In this document: positions 1-13,528 of the stretch, one piece after another | Position numbering within the stretch: position 1 is the stretch's first letter | Layout: each line of letters opens with the position of its first letter | From: Octopus vulgaris | Taxonomy: Eukaryota | Assembly (NCBI GenBank): GCA_951406725.2 | Contig: OX597817.1 | Coordinates: 142,538,001 to 142,602,000 of the forward strand | DNA length: 64,000 nucleotides | Reading direction: 5' to 3' | Program-made: the position numbers and the translations under genes | The notes under the pieces: model-generated | Database searches by the model: none | What the model saw: only the letters and a program-made list of their open reading frames with translations | What the model was told of the DNA's origin: nothing

Positions 1-413
1 GGATATACATCCATATATATTTATGTATATAATGCATATATATTAAGTATGTGACTGAATAATTTTCTCCAGCAATGTGAGTTCCCATGAGGTAATATGA
101 AAAGAATATTTACATTTCCTGAAAACCATCAGAAAAGGTTCAGTTATCTTATATGTTCTTCGCAGTGAAGTGTGGTTAAGTGTGACATGGATGCCAGTAG
201 CGTTATGATTACAATCTGACATATTTAGATTAAAGTTTATCGAATAAGATCAACAAAGCGTTGGTCCGTTGAAATTCGTGTCCTCAAGAAATCAGTCTAA
301 ATACGCTATGGCCACCACCTTTTCGCACTCGGTGTTAGAAGGAAAGGAGTGATTATGCAGACACAATGCTAAGAAATAAGGAACGACTACAAAATATTAC
401 TAGTTTCGATAAT

Positions 414-633
414 TTCTTTACTACCGACAAGGGGCGAAACACAGAGGAGACAAACAAGGACAGACAGACGGATTAAGTCGATTGTATCAACCCCAGTGCG
501 TAACTGGTACTTATTTAATCGACCCCGAAAGGATGAAAGGCAAAGTCAACCTCGGCGGAATTTGAACTCAACGTAACGGCAGACAAAATACCGCTAAGCA
601 TTTCGCCCGGCGTGCTAGCGATTTTGCCAGCTT
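414..633 (-). mobile_element. tRNA-derived SINE, family A (central GACTTTGCCTTTCATCCTTTCGGGGTCGAT domain)
   Basis: Reverse complement matches the + copies at 11775 and 12972; B-box-like GAGTTCAAATTCC; tail ends AAAGAAAT. Confidence 0.85.
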
Positions 634-1787
634 ACCAAGTATATTGGAAGTTCCTAAACAAATATTGTGTTACACCGCTAAACGTCGTGGCTGTTTAAGT
701 AAAGAGATCGTGGATGGTTAACGCGTTCGATGTGGCGCTTAAATATGCATATACACTCTTCACCATTTCTTCTATATTAGGTCGCATTGTGTACATAGAC
801 GTATTCTTATACAAAATGTAAGTTTCAGCGTTGACTCTGAATTATTTAGAAAAATCTGTAGAGATAACTTAAGAGTCATTGACTCGCACTGCTAACACAA
901 TCAGTAGGACACTTGTGTCTTTATGTGTTTGTGTGTGAACTAATATTCTTTTATATCCATGAGTTTAAGATTCCGGCCAATTCTTTCTGGTAGAAAATAC
1001 ACATCTGCAAAATACTTATTCAAGATAAAATTACTTTTGGCGGAAGAATTACAGAATCGACGACCACAAATAAAATTATCTCAGAAAGGAATCCTTAAAA
1101 TTCTCATCATCTTATAAATCTCAAAAGAAATAACCATCCATTCGTTGGAATTGGAGGCACCGAGGATGACCATATAAGGAATTCTATTACAGATATATAT
1201 ATACTATTAACGACAGGCAATTCATGAATATATTTACTAAATTCTAACGTAACTTAGTATGTTAACGTCGGTGTTATGCTGGAGCTAGAAATATAATATG
1301 AAATGGAACGACATCGTTTCCATTAAATGTCTCCGTTGGGAAAGGCCAAGGTATCAGTCATGAATATTTATTTATTCCAATTTCCCAGGTGGGGTACCTA
1401 CACGCATACATACGACAATAAGTGAACGTTTTCTCTGAATCACATCGACTATTTTCAGGGAATTAATATTAATTGTATAACAGATAAAATTCTTGTGCTA
1501 ATATCTCGAGACTGTCGCTACTTGGCATATAACGTTTCCAGTAAAACTACATCAGCGCCACCGTTGTTGTTGATGCTGTCGTTATTGCTATTGACGTTGG
1601 TGTTGTGTCAAGGCAGCTTAATTCTAATTAAGCTTATATATGGGATACAGGTAATCAGCCAAACGATTAAATATTATCCCCAAGCCTGTTGTTTCAGATA
1701 TGCTGTGCCTGAAACTAAACCGCAGACGAAAATTGGTTTGGAGAATCCGATAAAGCGCAGTGTGGTTTGACAAATATAGGTATACAC

Positions 1788-1937
1788 AGGCACAGGCGAT
1801 GCTGTGGGGGTAAAAAAAGAATACTTTGCAGCCACAAGATTTCGGGTTCAGTCCCACTGCGAGGCACCTTGCGCAAGTTTTTGTACAATAGACTCAGGCC
1901 GATCAAAGCCCTGTAACCGGATTTGGTAGACAGAGAC

Positions 1938-1991
<54 letters not shown>

Positions 1992-2000
1992 AGCGCGCAC

Positions 2001-2039
<39 letters not shown>

Positions 2040-2175
2040 TGCAGGTGTGGCTGTGTGGTAAGAAGCTTGCTCCTCAACCACATCGTTCCGGGTTCAGTCT
2101 TCTACTGTAGCCTCGGGACGACCAAAGCCTTGTGAGTGGATTGGGTGGGCGGAAACTGAAAGAAGCCCGTTGTGC

Positions 2176-2206
<31 letters not shown>

Positions 2207-2379
2207 AATGTATGTATGTATTTGTGTGTCTGTGTTTGTTCCCCCCCCCCAACCATCGCTTGACAACTGATAGAATAAGTAGTACGCTTACAAAGAAGCT
2301 GGGGTCGATTTGTTCGACTAAAGGCAGTGCTCCAGCATGACCGCAGTCAAATGACTGAAACAAGTAAATGAATAAAAGA

Positions 2380-2380
<1 letters not shown>
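1788..2380 (+). mobile_element. Two adjacent SINE family B copies (head GTGGCTGTGTGGTAAG...GGTTCAGTCCC, internal (TA)n/(TG)n)
   Basis: Partial copy 1788-1935 and near-full copy 2037-2380 ending ATGACTGAAACAAGTAAA; same family at 22205, 22785, 40935, 41420 and 53160. Confidence 0.8.
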
Positions 2381-2428
<48 letters not shown>

Positions 2429-2890
2429 TTCCGGCAATAGAGACCGATAGAGTAAGTACCAGGCGAAATATTCTTCGAGGCGAAGCCCCAGTATAGCCGC
2501 AGTCTAAATGACTGGCACAAGTTAAATACAAAAGGTAAAAGCTGCTTTCTCGGCAGTAACCACCGAGTTCCTTCATTCCACTGTTCAGTCTCCGCCCCAT
2601 TCGAACCTTCGTTCCTGTTCTCATTCCTTCGCTCATTCATTGTAGCTTAATCACACATTTATTTTGCAGTATTTATTCAAATCTATCATTCATTCATTCA
2701 CTTCACTTTCCTTTTGTTATCTCCATTGTTTCATTCTCTCGCCGATTCAATAGCCAAATCGTTCATTGATCCAATGAAGAAATAACTCGACACACGAAGC
2801 TTTCAAATCTTACCCGGATATAGATGTAGCCTGTCGTTTTAATCCGTTTGTCACCACGAAACTATCCTACTTTCAGAAAACACATGATTA

Positions 2891-2992
2891 TTTTAAAACT
2901 AATCGATATTATTGATCCATCGACCCATAATTTGCAATTCTTTTATTTGTATGCACAAAAAAATTGTTATCTGGCTTCGTTTGATATACAAT
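2891..2992 (+). repeat. Diverged direct repeat, second copy at ~5502-5610
   Basis: ttttaaaactaatcgatattattgatccatcgacccataatttgcaat vs ttttaaaattagtcgatattattgattcatcgatctataacttgtaat. Confidence 0.6.
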
Positions 2993-3427
2993 AATTAGAG
3001 GCCTATGAGGATGTCAGGCGACTGTTTTCTTGACAGAATGACGTAAAGAGAATTGACTTCGTATTGTGCCAAAGAGGAAAGGAGTTGCCTGAGATGAAAC
3101 GTCTCTTTGTGCTTCATTCTCGACAGTGAAAGCATTAACCTTGGAACTTACAATATATTCAATACTTGTGCACTGTACTACAGAAGACATTTTGAATTGT
3201 AATGATTTAAGACCGAACAGAGGTAATCAAGTGTAGTTTCTACTCTCTGGAAATGTTGCTAAGTAAGATCCGGAAGGAATAAATATGTTGTATGTTAAAT
3301 ACATGTAATTCAGTTTTAGGTTCATAGAAACAAACCAACAAAATCCATTAAGAGTTGAAGCTTTAAAACCTTAAATTACACCAAATTAAGCGAGCAAGAC
3401 ATCAAGTATAGAATCAATTTGAGCTTA

Positions 3428-4309
3428 CCAAGTCTGATCAATAAGCATCCGGACTGTTGCCATAGTAACAATGCTAAAGCACGCAGAGTAAAGCAGCTTG
3501 GCATATATTGAGCTTGAATTCTGCTGTGCATGCGCACTAAGCTTTAATGTTCTAGCTCACTTCCGTTGTTTACGGCAGTGTTTGGAAGGAAGGTGTGTAG
3601 CGTGAGATTGTCTCATTGAACATGACAGAGAAAGTTGTCATGGCGTCACCTGCTCAGAGGCAGACTTGCAGAAAGTATGTGGAGAGGAGTGTATGAGCGC
3701 CACACAAGTGTACGAGTAGTTCAGTCGTTTCCAATATGGCCGAAAAAATGTCGATATCGACGAATGTTCTGGGAGACCCGCAACCAACAGAACTGAATTA
3801 AAAAAAAGATCGCAGATGTGCGTGCAACTGTGAGGAGAAATGGAGAAATCGTGAGCTATCCGAGGATGTGCAGATTAGTTTACGGTTCAGTTCAGTCCAT
3901 TATCAGTGAAGGTTTGGGAATGAGACGCTTGTCTGCTAAGTTTGTGCCAAAACTGCTTTCAGCTAACCAAAGAGACACTCAGGTTTCAGTTGCAGAAGAT
4001 CTTGTTTGTGTCGAGAACAATGAAAGCTTTTTGAAAACTTTGCGTAGGCCTCTGACCAAGTATTACCAAGCTTTTGGCAAAATTTGATGCAGATTCTCTG
4101 TTCAACTTTCTCTGTCATGGTCAATGCGATGATCACACGCTACACACACTCATTCCAAGCACCACTTCAAACAGCAGAAGTGAGTTAGAACGTTAAAACT
4201 TAGAGCAGATGCACACCAGAGTTCAAGATCACTCTGTGCCAAGAGAATTTACTCTTCGTGTGTTAGCTTCGTTACTATGGAAACAGTCCGGGTACTTGAT
4301 CAGATCACG
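3428..4309 (+). mobile_element. Non-autonomous mariner (Tc1/mariner) element with ~210-bp inverted ends
   Basis: 3428-3637 is the diverged reverse complement of 4103-4309; TA on both sides (3426-3427, 4310-4311); the interior encodes a mariner transposase N-terminus. Confidence 0.9.
3622..4040 (+). pseudogene. Mariner transposase N-terminal (HTH) relic; catalytic DDD domain absent
   Basis: Frame-shifted translation MTEKV...YGEECMSATQVYE*FSRFQYGRKNVDIDECSGRP...YGSVQSIISEGLGMRRLSAKFVPKLLS; FVPKLL corresponds to the mariner WVPHEL motif. Confidence 0.85.
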
Positions 4310-4653
4310 TATATCAAAATCTTGATTGAATAAAGATGTCAAATTCATAATTTGTTAACTAAGGGCAACGACAGAATTTCAATCTCTGGGAGTCGAAGAG
4401 AGCATTGCGTTTATATTGAAAGACAGGGTCCATATGACTCTTAAGGTTCATGTAAGGTTTGGTTCGAGGTTGTTTTGTTCTCAGAAAAAGGGGTGGGTTC
4501 CCTTTTGTGTCCATCTACATCTTAGAAAACCCACTGTTATCCCGGAATGTTCTTATTTGGTCCTTTCATGTTACTGCGTACGTGGCTTTGTACAAGGTAT
4601 GTCCAGTTTTCTTTTGCTTCTAGAATGATGAGCCGACAGAGTTTTTTTTTCTA

Positions 4654-4942
4654 CTGTTGCTGCTTCGTGTAGAAATCAGGGCAAGCGGAGTCACAATCAC
4701 CACCGTGATAACAAATATGAACATTGGTTTAAATTTTTTGGAGCAATATATTTTCTACTCGTACGTAACATCGTGCGGGTGTACAGCGTGTATATATAAA
4801 TGTATGGCAAGTGTACGCCTGCACGACGTTACGTACGAGTAGAAAATAAATGGCTCCAAAAATTAAAACCATTGTTCGTCTTTGTTATCACAGTGGTGAT
4901 TGTGACCCCGCTCGCCTAGATTTCTACACGAAGCAGCAACAG
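4654..4942. mobile_element. Fold-back MITE, ~290-bp near-perfect palindrome flanked by TA
   Basis: TA|CTGTTGCTGCTTCGTGTAGAAATC ... GATTTCTACACGAAGCAGCAACAG|TA; arms pair over ~130 bp around a short loop near 4785-4810. Confidence 0.85.
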
Positions 4943-5133
4943 TAACCCTTGTCCTACGACTCATTGCGTCAGTTGCCCGGTTTCCATGGGGTATAAGTAA
5001 CCGAGTTACCTTGTTGTAGGGTGACTTGTTTACAGCTGAGTGGATTGTGGCAATGTGAAATAAAGCAATTTACCCAAGAATAAAATTCACCGCCCGGTCC
5101 GGAATCGAAACCACGATCATGCGAGCAATACCT

Positions 5134-5352
5134 ATTTCTTTACTACCCACACAGAGCGGACAAACAAGGACAGACAAACGAATTAAGTCGATTATATCGA
5201 CCCCAGTGCGTAACTGGTACTTATTTAATCGACCCCGAAAGGATGAAAGGCAAAGTCGACCTCGGCGGAATTTGAACTCACAACGTAACGACAGACGAAA
5301 TACGGATACGCATTTCGCCCGGCGTGCTAACGTTTCTGCCAGCTCGCCGCCT
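5134..5352 (-). mobile_element. SINE family A copy with a 17-bp TSD, nested in another tRNA-headed SINE (~4945-5385, minus)
   Basis: TCATGCGAGCAATACCT at 5117-5133 and 5353-5369; the host head GGAATCGAAACCACGA...CTAACCACTACGCCA is split by the insertion. Confidence 0.9.
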
Positions 5353-5750
5353 TCATGCGAGCAATACCTCTAACCACTACGCCAGTACATATTTCATAAC
5401 ACAACAAATTTATATTTCTCAATGAGGTTTTTAGTTTTTATTGTTCACTCCACAGGATGTCAGCCTGATCAAATAAACAATGTTGATAAAAACGTAATTT
5501 GTTTTAAAATTAGTCGATATTATTGATTCATCGATCTATAACTTGTAATACTTTAACTTGCGGCATAAATAAATTTAAAAAATATTATCCGGTTTGATTA
5601 GTTACACAATATATATCATGTATGAATTATATTGGGTTGTCAAAGAAATTCGTTCGTTTTTCCCTCTCTACTTGATATTCGATCTTCATAAATCTGGAAA
5701 GAGGTAAAATGCACTCATATTTAAAAATGATCATGGAATAAACTACCCGC

Positions 5751-6247
5751 GAGGCGCGATAGCCAAGTGGTTAGGGCAGCGGAATCATGGTCGTGGGATC
5801 GCGGTTTCGATTCCCAGATCGGGCGTTGTGAGTGTTTATTGAAGGAAAACACCTAAAGCTCCGGGAGGATGATAATACTTGTCTAGTACAGTAGTTTACT
5901 GGAGGGAGCAATGGTCCAGTCGTTAGGGCAGCGGAATGGCGGTCATAGGATCGCGGCTTCTATTCCCAGACCGGACGTTGTGAGTGCTTATTGAATGAAA
6001 ACACCTAAAGCTCTACGAGGCTCCGGCTCACCACAACTTTCTCTCACTCTTTCTTCCTGTTTCTGTTGTACCAGTATTTCAAAGGGCCAGCCTTGTCACA
6101 TTCTGTGTCACGCTGAATCTCTCCCAGAACTACGTTAAGGGTACACGTGTCTGTGGAGTGCTCAACCCCTTGCACGTTAATTTCACGAGCAGGCTGTTCC
6201 GTTGATCGGATCAACTGGAATCCTCGTCGCTGTAACCGACGGAGTGC
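5751..6247 (+). mobile_element. SINE family C (tRNA-like head, possibly related to octopus OR-type SINEs): truncated copy plus full copy
   Basis: A-box AGTGGTTAGGGCAGCGG, B-box GGTTTCGATTCCC, tail ...GATCAACTGGAATCCTCGTCGCTGTAACCGACGG; homologues at 25140-25490 (-) and 30117-30490. Confidence 0.8.
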
Positions 6248-6839
6248 CTCGAAATTACCAGCATCAGACGTTAGCTGTCGAGACACTACATCCTTTAAAA
6301 CTTCCCTGCTTCCCGAAATCTACCAACAGTATACCCGATGGTTTTTTTTTTTTATTTGGTTTCTTTTTTAGATGTAGTGCCCCTGAGCATTGTATACAGC
6401 AATTTCTTTCATGTAGTGAAAAGTTGTACTGGAAAAACAGCGCTAGAAAGAAAAGGCATAAAACACTACAGAAAATATGTTTTTCGGACTCATTCAAATA
6501 GCATTGCAAAATATTGATTTTTGGTAAAGCCAAGTTAACCGCGGCGGAATTTGAACTCAGGACGAATAAAACACTGCTGCGTATTTTTGACCGGGATGTT
6601 ATCGATTCTGCCAGCTCGCCAACTTAGCAGCGTTAAGCATTAATATAATTGAGAAACGGAAAACGAATGAATTTATCACAAAATGCAATATTTTGGTTTC
6701 AAATGTTGGCACAAGGCCAGCAATTTTGAAGCAGTGGGTAAGTCGACTAAATCGATCCCATTGTTTATCTGGTTCTTATTCTATCGACTTCGAAAGGGTG
6801 AAAGGCAAAGTAGACTCCGTCGGAATAGACAATCCAATA

Positions 6840-7275
6840 TATTCTTTTCTACTCTAGGCACAAGGCCATAAATTTGGGGGGAGGTGGGGGAGAATCGATC
6901 AGATCGATTTCCAGTACACAGCTGGTACTTAATTTGTCGGCTCCGAAAGGATAAAAGTCAAAGTTGACCTCGGCGGAATTTGAACTCAGAACGTAAAGAC
7001 AAATGAAATACCGCTAAGAATTTCGCCCGGCGTGCTAACGTTTCTTATTTCTTTATTGCCCACAGGGGGCTAAACATATAGGGGACAAACAAGGACAGAC
7101 AAATAGATTAAGTCGATTACATCGACTCCAGTGCGTAGCTGGTATTTACTTTATAGATCCCGAAGAATGAAAGGCAAAGTCGACCTCGGCGGAATTTGAA
7201 CTCAGAACGTAACAGCAGACGAAATACAGCTACGCATTTCGCCCGGCGTGCTAACGTTTCTGCCAGCTCGCCGCT
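6840..7275 (-). mobile_element. SINE family A tandem dimer
   Basis: Two consecutive CTCGGCGGAATTTGAACTCAGAACG units; the terminal unit carries the CTAGAGTAGAAAAGAAT tail. Confidence 0.85.
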
Positions 7276-8029
7276 TTGATAATCCAATATATTGTTTTCT
7301 ACTCTAGGCATAAAGCCCGAAACTTGGGAACAGAGGTCCAGTCTAATATTGCCATTCCTTAGGTTCGACAGAATTGAGGCTTCTACTCATCCTATATTTC
7401 AATTCTAACAAAGGTGGAATTTAATGTATGGTTTCATTTATCGTTTTGATGGTGTTAAGTAAGATTTTTTCAGCTTCGATTGCTAAAAGTCTTCGTGCAC
7501 TTTTCGGTAGGTTGCAGCAGTGGAATTATCTTAGAATCTCCGTTAATTCTGTAATTAGTCTAGATGGGATATTCGGGACGAAGTTTGCCAGTTTATAAGC
7601 AATGAAATTGATAAGAAATATAATTAAATTAATATACACTGTATAAAAAAGAGAAAACAGAGGAGAAGAAGAGGAGCGCAGAGGTACATAAATAAATAGT
7701 GAACTTATAAAAATAAAAGATAAAATTCAAAGAGTTAATGAGAGATCAAATGAATACGTAATTAATTAGATAAGCTGTATATACACGTGGGTGTTAATAC
7801 AAACATACACACACACACGCACACAAACAAACAAATATATACACACACATATATGTGGGTGGTGGAGATGAGGTGGGCTGTTTCTAATTAAATATATGTT
7901 AGTGGGTTACTAAATGAACGATGGCAAGAATCAGTGTACAGGAAGAGGAGAGCGCAAGCTCAGGAGCATGCGCGTGTACTTGTGTTAAGTGCGTAAACTA
8001 CATAAGCCTCCCTATGTACATATGCTGAT

Positions 8030-9135
<1,106 letters not shown>

Positions 9136-9639
9136 GGATATAAATCGGTAGAACCTCGTGCTCATAAGGTGTATAGGTGTGTGTGTAATACATGTGTATT
9201 CATCACGATAATGCTTACGTCCTTTTTACTTTGAACACACTTGAACACACCGGTTCTCGTCTGATTACGAAAGTTAAGCAACGTCGAGCCTATTTAGTGC
9301 CTGCTTGAGAAACCTAGGTTTTGTAAGCAACTCTCATTTTAACTGGCGGCGCTCCAGCATGGCTGTAGCATTTGGGATAAAACATAACACAAATGAAAGA
9401 ATAAAAGACTATGTATGGGTGTATTTATGTATGTTCTCTTCTGTTTTTAAATATCTAAGTTCTACCTCCGAAGAAGGAGTCGGTCTTTGAGAAAGATACA
9501 GAGACCCATAGTTGGAACGTAGATATCGAAAACAATTATCACGTTTTTAAAATGAGAAAAGTCTTGCATATTTTTACTGCTCCACTTACAAATTGCATTT
9601 GTCACACACACACGCACACATTCTTCCATTCTTTTGTTT

Positions 9640-10334
9640 CAGTTGTCCATAGGTCCTGGCCCGTTAGGCGGGTCAGGTATTCCTCGTCGACGCCTAGGTT
9701 CGATCCGAGATCGTCGACGAACCTCCCCTCCACTAATCCCCTATAGAATGCTTTGGTCGTGTTAAAGTCGCTCAAGGTGGACCCGGAACGGCATAGTTGC
9801 TTGAGAGCAACGCGACACTCGCGGTGCCAATTCTCCATTCCTCGGCCTCTTTTTAATCCACGAATGTAGTTCGGTCATGGAGACGAGCTGTGGGAAAGCG
9901 CGCCTCACAAACGGCGACCACACCTGTTCACCGTCGTCTACGTAGAGCCGGAGATGTCGCAGTCTCAGCGCGTGTCTGGGCATCATCAACCACGGCATGT
10001 CCAACCCTGAACAACTCGACCGGACCGTCGGTCCAGCGTCCCATGATGGAGGTGCTGGTGGACGGCATGGGCTGGCTTCTCCAGGTGCCGAGCCGCAAGC
10101 CCACTGACTTTTAACGGTTGATTTTCGCTCCTGTCACCGCTTCGTAGTCTTTCAGTGTCTCGCCGACCAGCTCGATGTGCTCGTGGCTAGACACTATGAC
10201 GGTGACGTCGTCCGCGTATTCAAACACACACGTCCCGCACCCCAATTCTCGCGGGATGCCCCTCGGCGTCGCCAGCTTCTGCAGTAGTGGCTCGAGACTC
10301 AATACCTATAGAAGTGACGAGAGGGGACATCCCT
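9640..10334 (-). pseudogene. Non-LTR retrotransposon ORF2 relic (L1/Tx1-type reverse transcriptase), internally deleted
   Basis: Minus translation GCPLSSLL*VLSLEPLLQKL...VFEYADDVTVIV...YEAVTGAKINR*KSVGLRLGTW shows the RT (Q)GCPLS and YADD motifs with stops; GC-rich island; bounded by (TAGA)n and (CA)n. Confidence 0.85.
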
Positions 10335-10348
10335 ATAGATAGATAGAC

Positions 10349-10416
<68 letters not shown>

Positions 10417-10561
10417 TGATTGACTGATTGGTTGTTTGTGAGTCAGACACACAGATAGACAGGCAGACAGACAGATAGATAGACAATTGACTCACAGACA
10501 CAGATAGATAGATGAATAGATAGAGAGAGAAATAGATATATATATATATAGATTGATAGAC

Positions 10562-10628
<67 letters not shown>

Positions 10629-10685
10629 CAGATAGATAGATGTGCACATACGCTCACACACACACACACACTCACACACACAAAC
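10335..10685. repeat. (TAGA)n/(CA)n microsatellite
   Basis: Directly visible. Confidence 0.95.
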
Positions 10686-11774
10686 AAACTGCAGGCGAAT
10701 TATTCAAGAGCAGTCTTTGAATGAACAGTTCGGGAGAATGTGTGTCAAAAGGAAATACGTAATATTTTTGACACAAATATAAGTAGTATTTTAATGTTAA
10801 ACTTGCTTTGAAATAATTACCTTCAATTTGGCATACATACACCTACACAAACGCACACTCGTCCATGCTTACCTAGATACCTTCCTATTTACACGTATGC
10901 ATACAAATGCACACGTGTAGAAATGCCTTGCTTAAATTATATTCAGAGTAAAAAAAAAAAAAAAAAGCGGGGCTGCAGAGAACAGGAAATGAAAGACAGC
11001 GTAAAATAATTACAACAAAAATACAAGCAGAGGAGTGAAATATGTGTATGCAGCGAGAGGGAAACGCGTAAGAAAGGGATATGAGCGACGCTGAGTATAA
11101 AATATTGTGATAATATCCACAGGAACAAAGATATTGTCATACATATATTATCCTCATTCCATGGCGCTGACGACGAATCAAACACAGATTAACAAAAGAA
11201 TGAAACAACGGACAACAATCAACTTCTCATATAACGCAATGCAACTTCAATCAACGTATTACAGCTTCCATTTCGTTCATATGATATATGTAATTACAGG
11301 ATAGGGACGAAAGCTTTTTGACTTTTCTATTTATATGTATAGCTAAGAGGGTTTTCATAAATACTGTCTCTGCCTTTAATGTCTTGGAGATGGTGCTATT
11401 TTTCATTTTCTTTTTTTTTTCTTTTTTTCCTGTTTTTCACTTTTTCGATCTCTTTCGCAAAATGATACAAGAGGATGTGAGGGGATTTTTTCCAATAATC
11501 ATCACCATTTTAAGTTCATACATTGTTATAAAACCATCGTCTAATCAATACGCCATTATCCTACTTCATTTTCCTTCTACGACTCCGCTACTATCTCTTC
11601 ACTGCGTTTATCTTCACCACTTTTCCATTTTCTTATTTTGCTTTTGGTGAGATATGTATGTGTGTGCGTTCGTGCATGTGTGTGTATGTGCGATGTATGT
11701 GTGTATAATGAGAGAAAGAGAGAGAGAGACAGATAAATGTGTGCATGTATAGGTATATATTTTATTACTCTATA

Positions 11775-12003
11775 GACGGCGAGCTTACAGAACCGTTAGC
11801 ACGCCGGGCGAAATGCGTAGCCGTATTTTGTCTGCCGTTACGTTCTGAGTTCAAATTCCGCCGAGGTCGACTTTGCCTTTCATCCTTTCGGTGTCGATAA
11901 ATGAAGTAGCAGTTATGCACTGGGGTCGATGAAATCGACTTAATCCGTTTGTCTGTCCTTGTTTGTCCCCTCTATGTTTAGCCCCTTGTGGGTAGTAAAG
12001 AAA
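11775..12003 (+). mobile_element. SINE family A full copy with ~16-bp TSD
   Basis: TATATATTTTATTACT at 11754-11769 and 12004-12019. Confidence 0.9.
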
Positions 12004-12231
12004 TATATATTTTATTACTTTTATTTCTTTGATATGTCTCAGCTCAAATGCTGTGGCCGTACTGGAGCAACGCCAGTGTAATCATATATATGTATATACA
12101 TGTATGTATGCATGTATACTATAAAATATATATACTAACTAAAATGTTCTTCATGATAAAATTATTTTACCATTTTCTACCTTGTCATACTTTCCTTATA
12201 TATATATATGTGTGATGTGTGTGTGTGTGTA

Positions 12232-12262
<31 letters not shown>

Positions 12263-12269
12263 ACATACA

Positions 12270-12301
<32 letters not shown>

Positions 12302-12332
12302 CATACATACATATATATACATACATACATAT

Positions 12333-12410
<78 letters not shown>

Positions 12411-12971
12411 GAAATTTACAGAAAAACAAAAGACGAAGACAGATGTACATACAACATGGTGTATTACAAAGAGTGAGTGAAAGTTGTGGTGAAAGTGTAC
12501 AGCAGAGTTCGCCACCAGCCCCTGCCGTAGCCTCGTGGAGCTTTAGGTGTTTTTTTTTCTCAATAAACACTCACAAAGCCCAGTCTGGGAATCGAAACCG
12601 CGATCCCACGGCCATGATTCTGCTGCCCTAACCCCATGTACATATGAATATCTCTATGAAAAAGTAATTAATAGAGAGAAAGTAGCAATCTAAGTTAACG
12701 TTCTGTAAACTTTGCTTATCTGAAAGAACTGACGTTTTGTACTTTTAATTGCAGCATTTTATTATCACAACGCTCACATGGAATCGTACAATGTGCTGGA
12801 CATTTATCAAATGCAAGTACAGCATTAATTTTCCGACATCAAAGACTTCCAGATTTGTGATGCTCGCCAGAGGTGGTCACTATGGTCAACGCACCATAAA
12901 TTAAACACATATTTTTACTGAAATAAGTTAATGAAATTCAGACATCTTCACGTTAGTATAAAATAGTACAA

Positions 12972-13522
12972 AGGCGGCGATGTGGCAGAAACGTTAGCAC
13001 GCCGGGCGAAATGCTTTGCGGTATTTCGTCCGCCGCTGCGTTCTGAGTTCAAATTGCGCCGTGGTCGACTTTGCCTTTCATCCTTTCGGGGTCGATAAAT
13101 TAAGTACCAGTTACGCACTGGGGTCGATATAGTCGACTTAATCCGTTAGTCTGTCCTTGTTTGTCCTCTCTGTGTTTAGCCCCTTGTGGGTAGTAAAGAA
13201 ATAGGTATTTCATCTGCCGCTACGTTCTGAGTTCAAATTCCGCCGAGGTCGACTTTGCCTTTCATCCTTTCGGGGTCGATTAAATAAGTACCAATTACGC
13301 ACTGGGGTCGATATAATCGACTTAATCCGTTTGTCTGTCCTTGTTTGTCCCTTCTGTGTTTAGCCCCTTGTGGGTAGTAAAGAAATAGGTATTTCGTCTG
13401 TCTTTACGTTCTGATTTCAAATTCCGCCGAGGTCGACTTTGCATTTCTTCCTTTCAAGGTCGATAATCTAAATACCCGTTGCGTACTGAGGCCGATCTAA
13501 TCGACTGGCCTAGAGTAGAAAA
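12972..13522 (+). mobile_element. SINE family A tandem trimer (184-bp period)
   Basis: GTATTTC unit starts at 13021, 13205 and 13389; single tRNA head at 12972. Confidence 0.9.
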
Positions 13523-13528
13523 GGGTAG

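Noticed and set aside
12972-13522. CRISPR-like regular repeats
   Set aside because: Units are contiguous 184-bp SINE bodies with no unique spacers; no cas genes; eukaryotic context.
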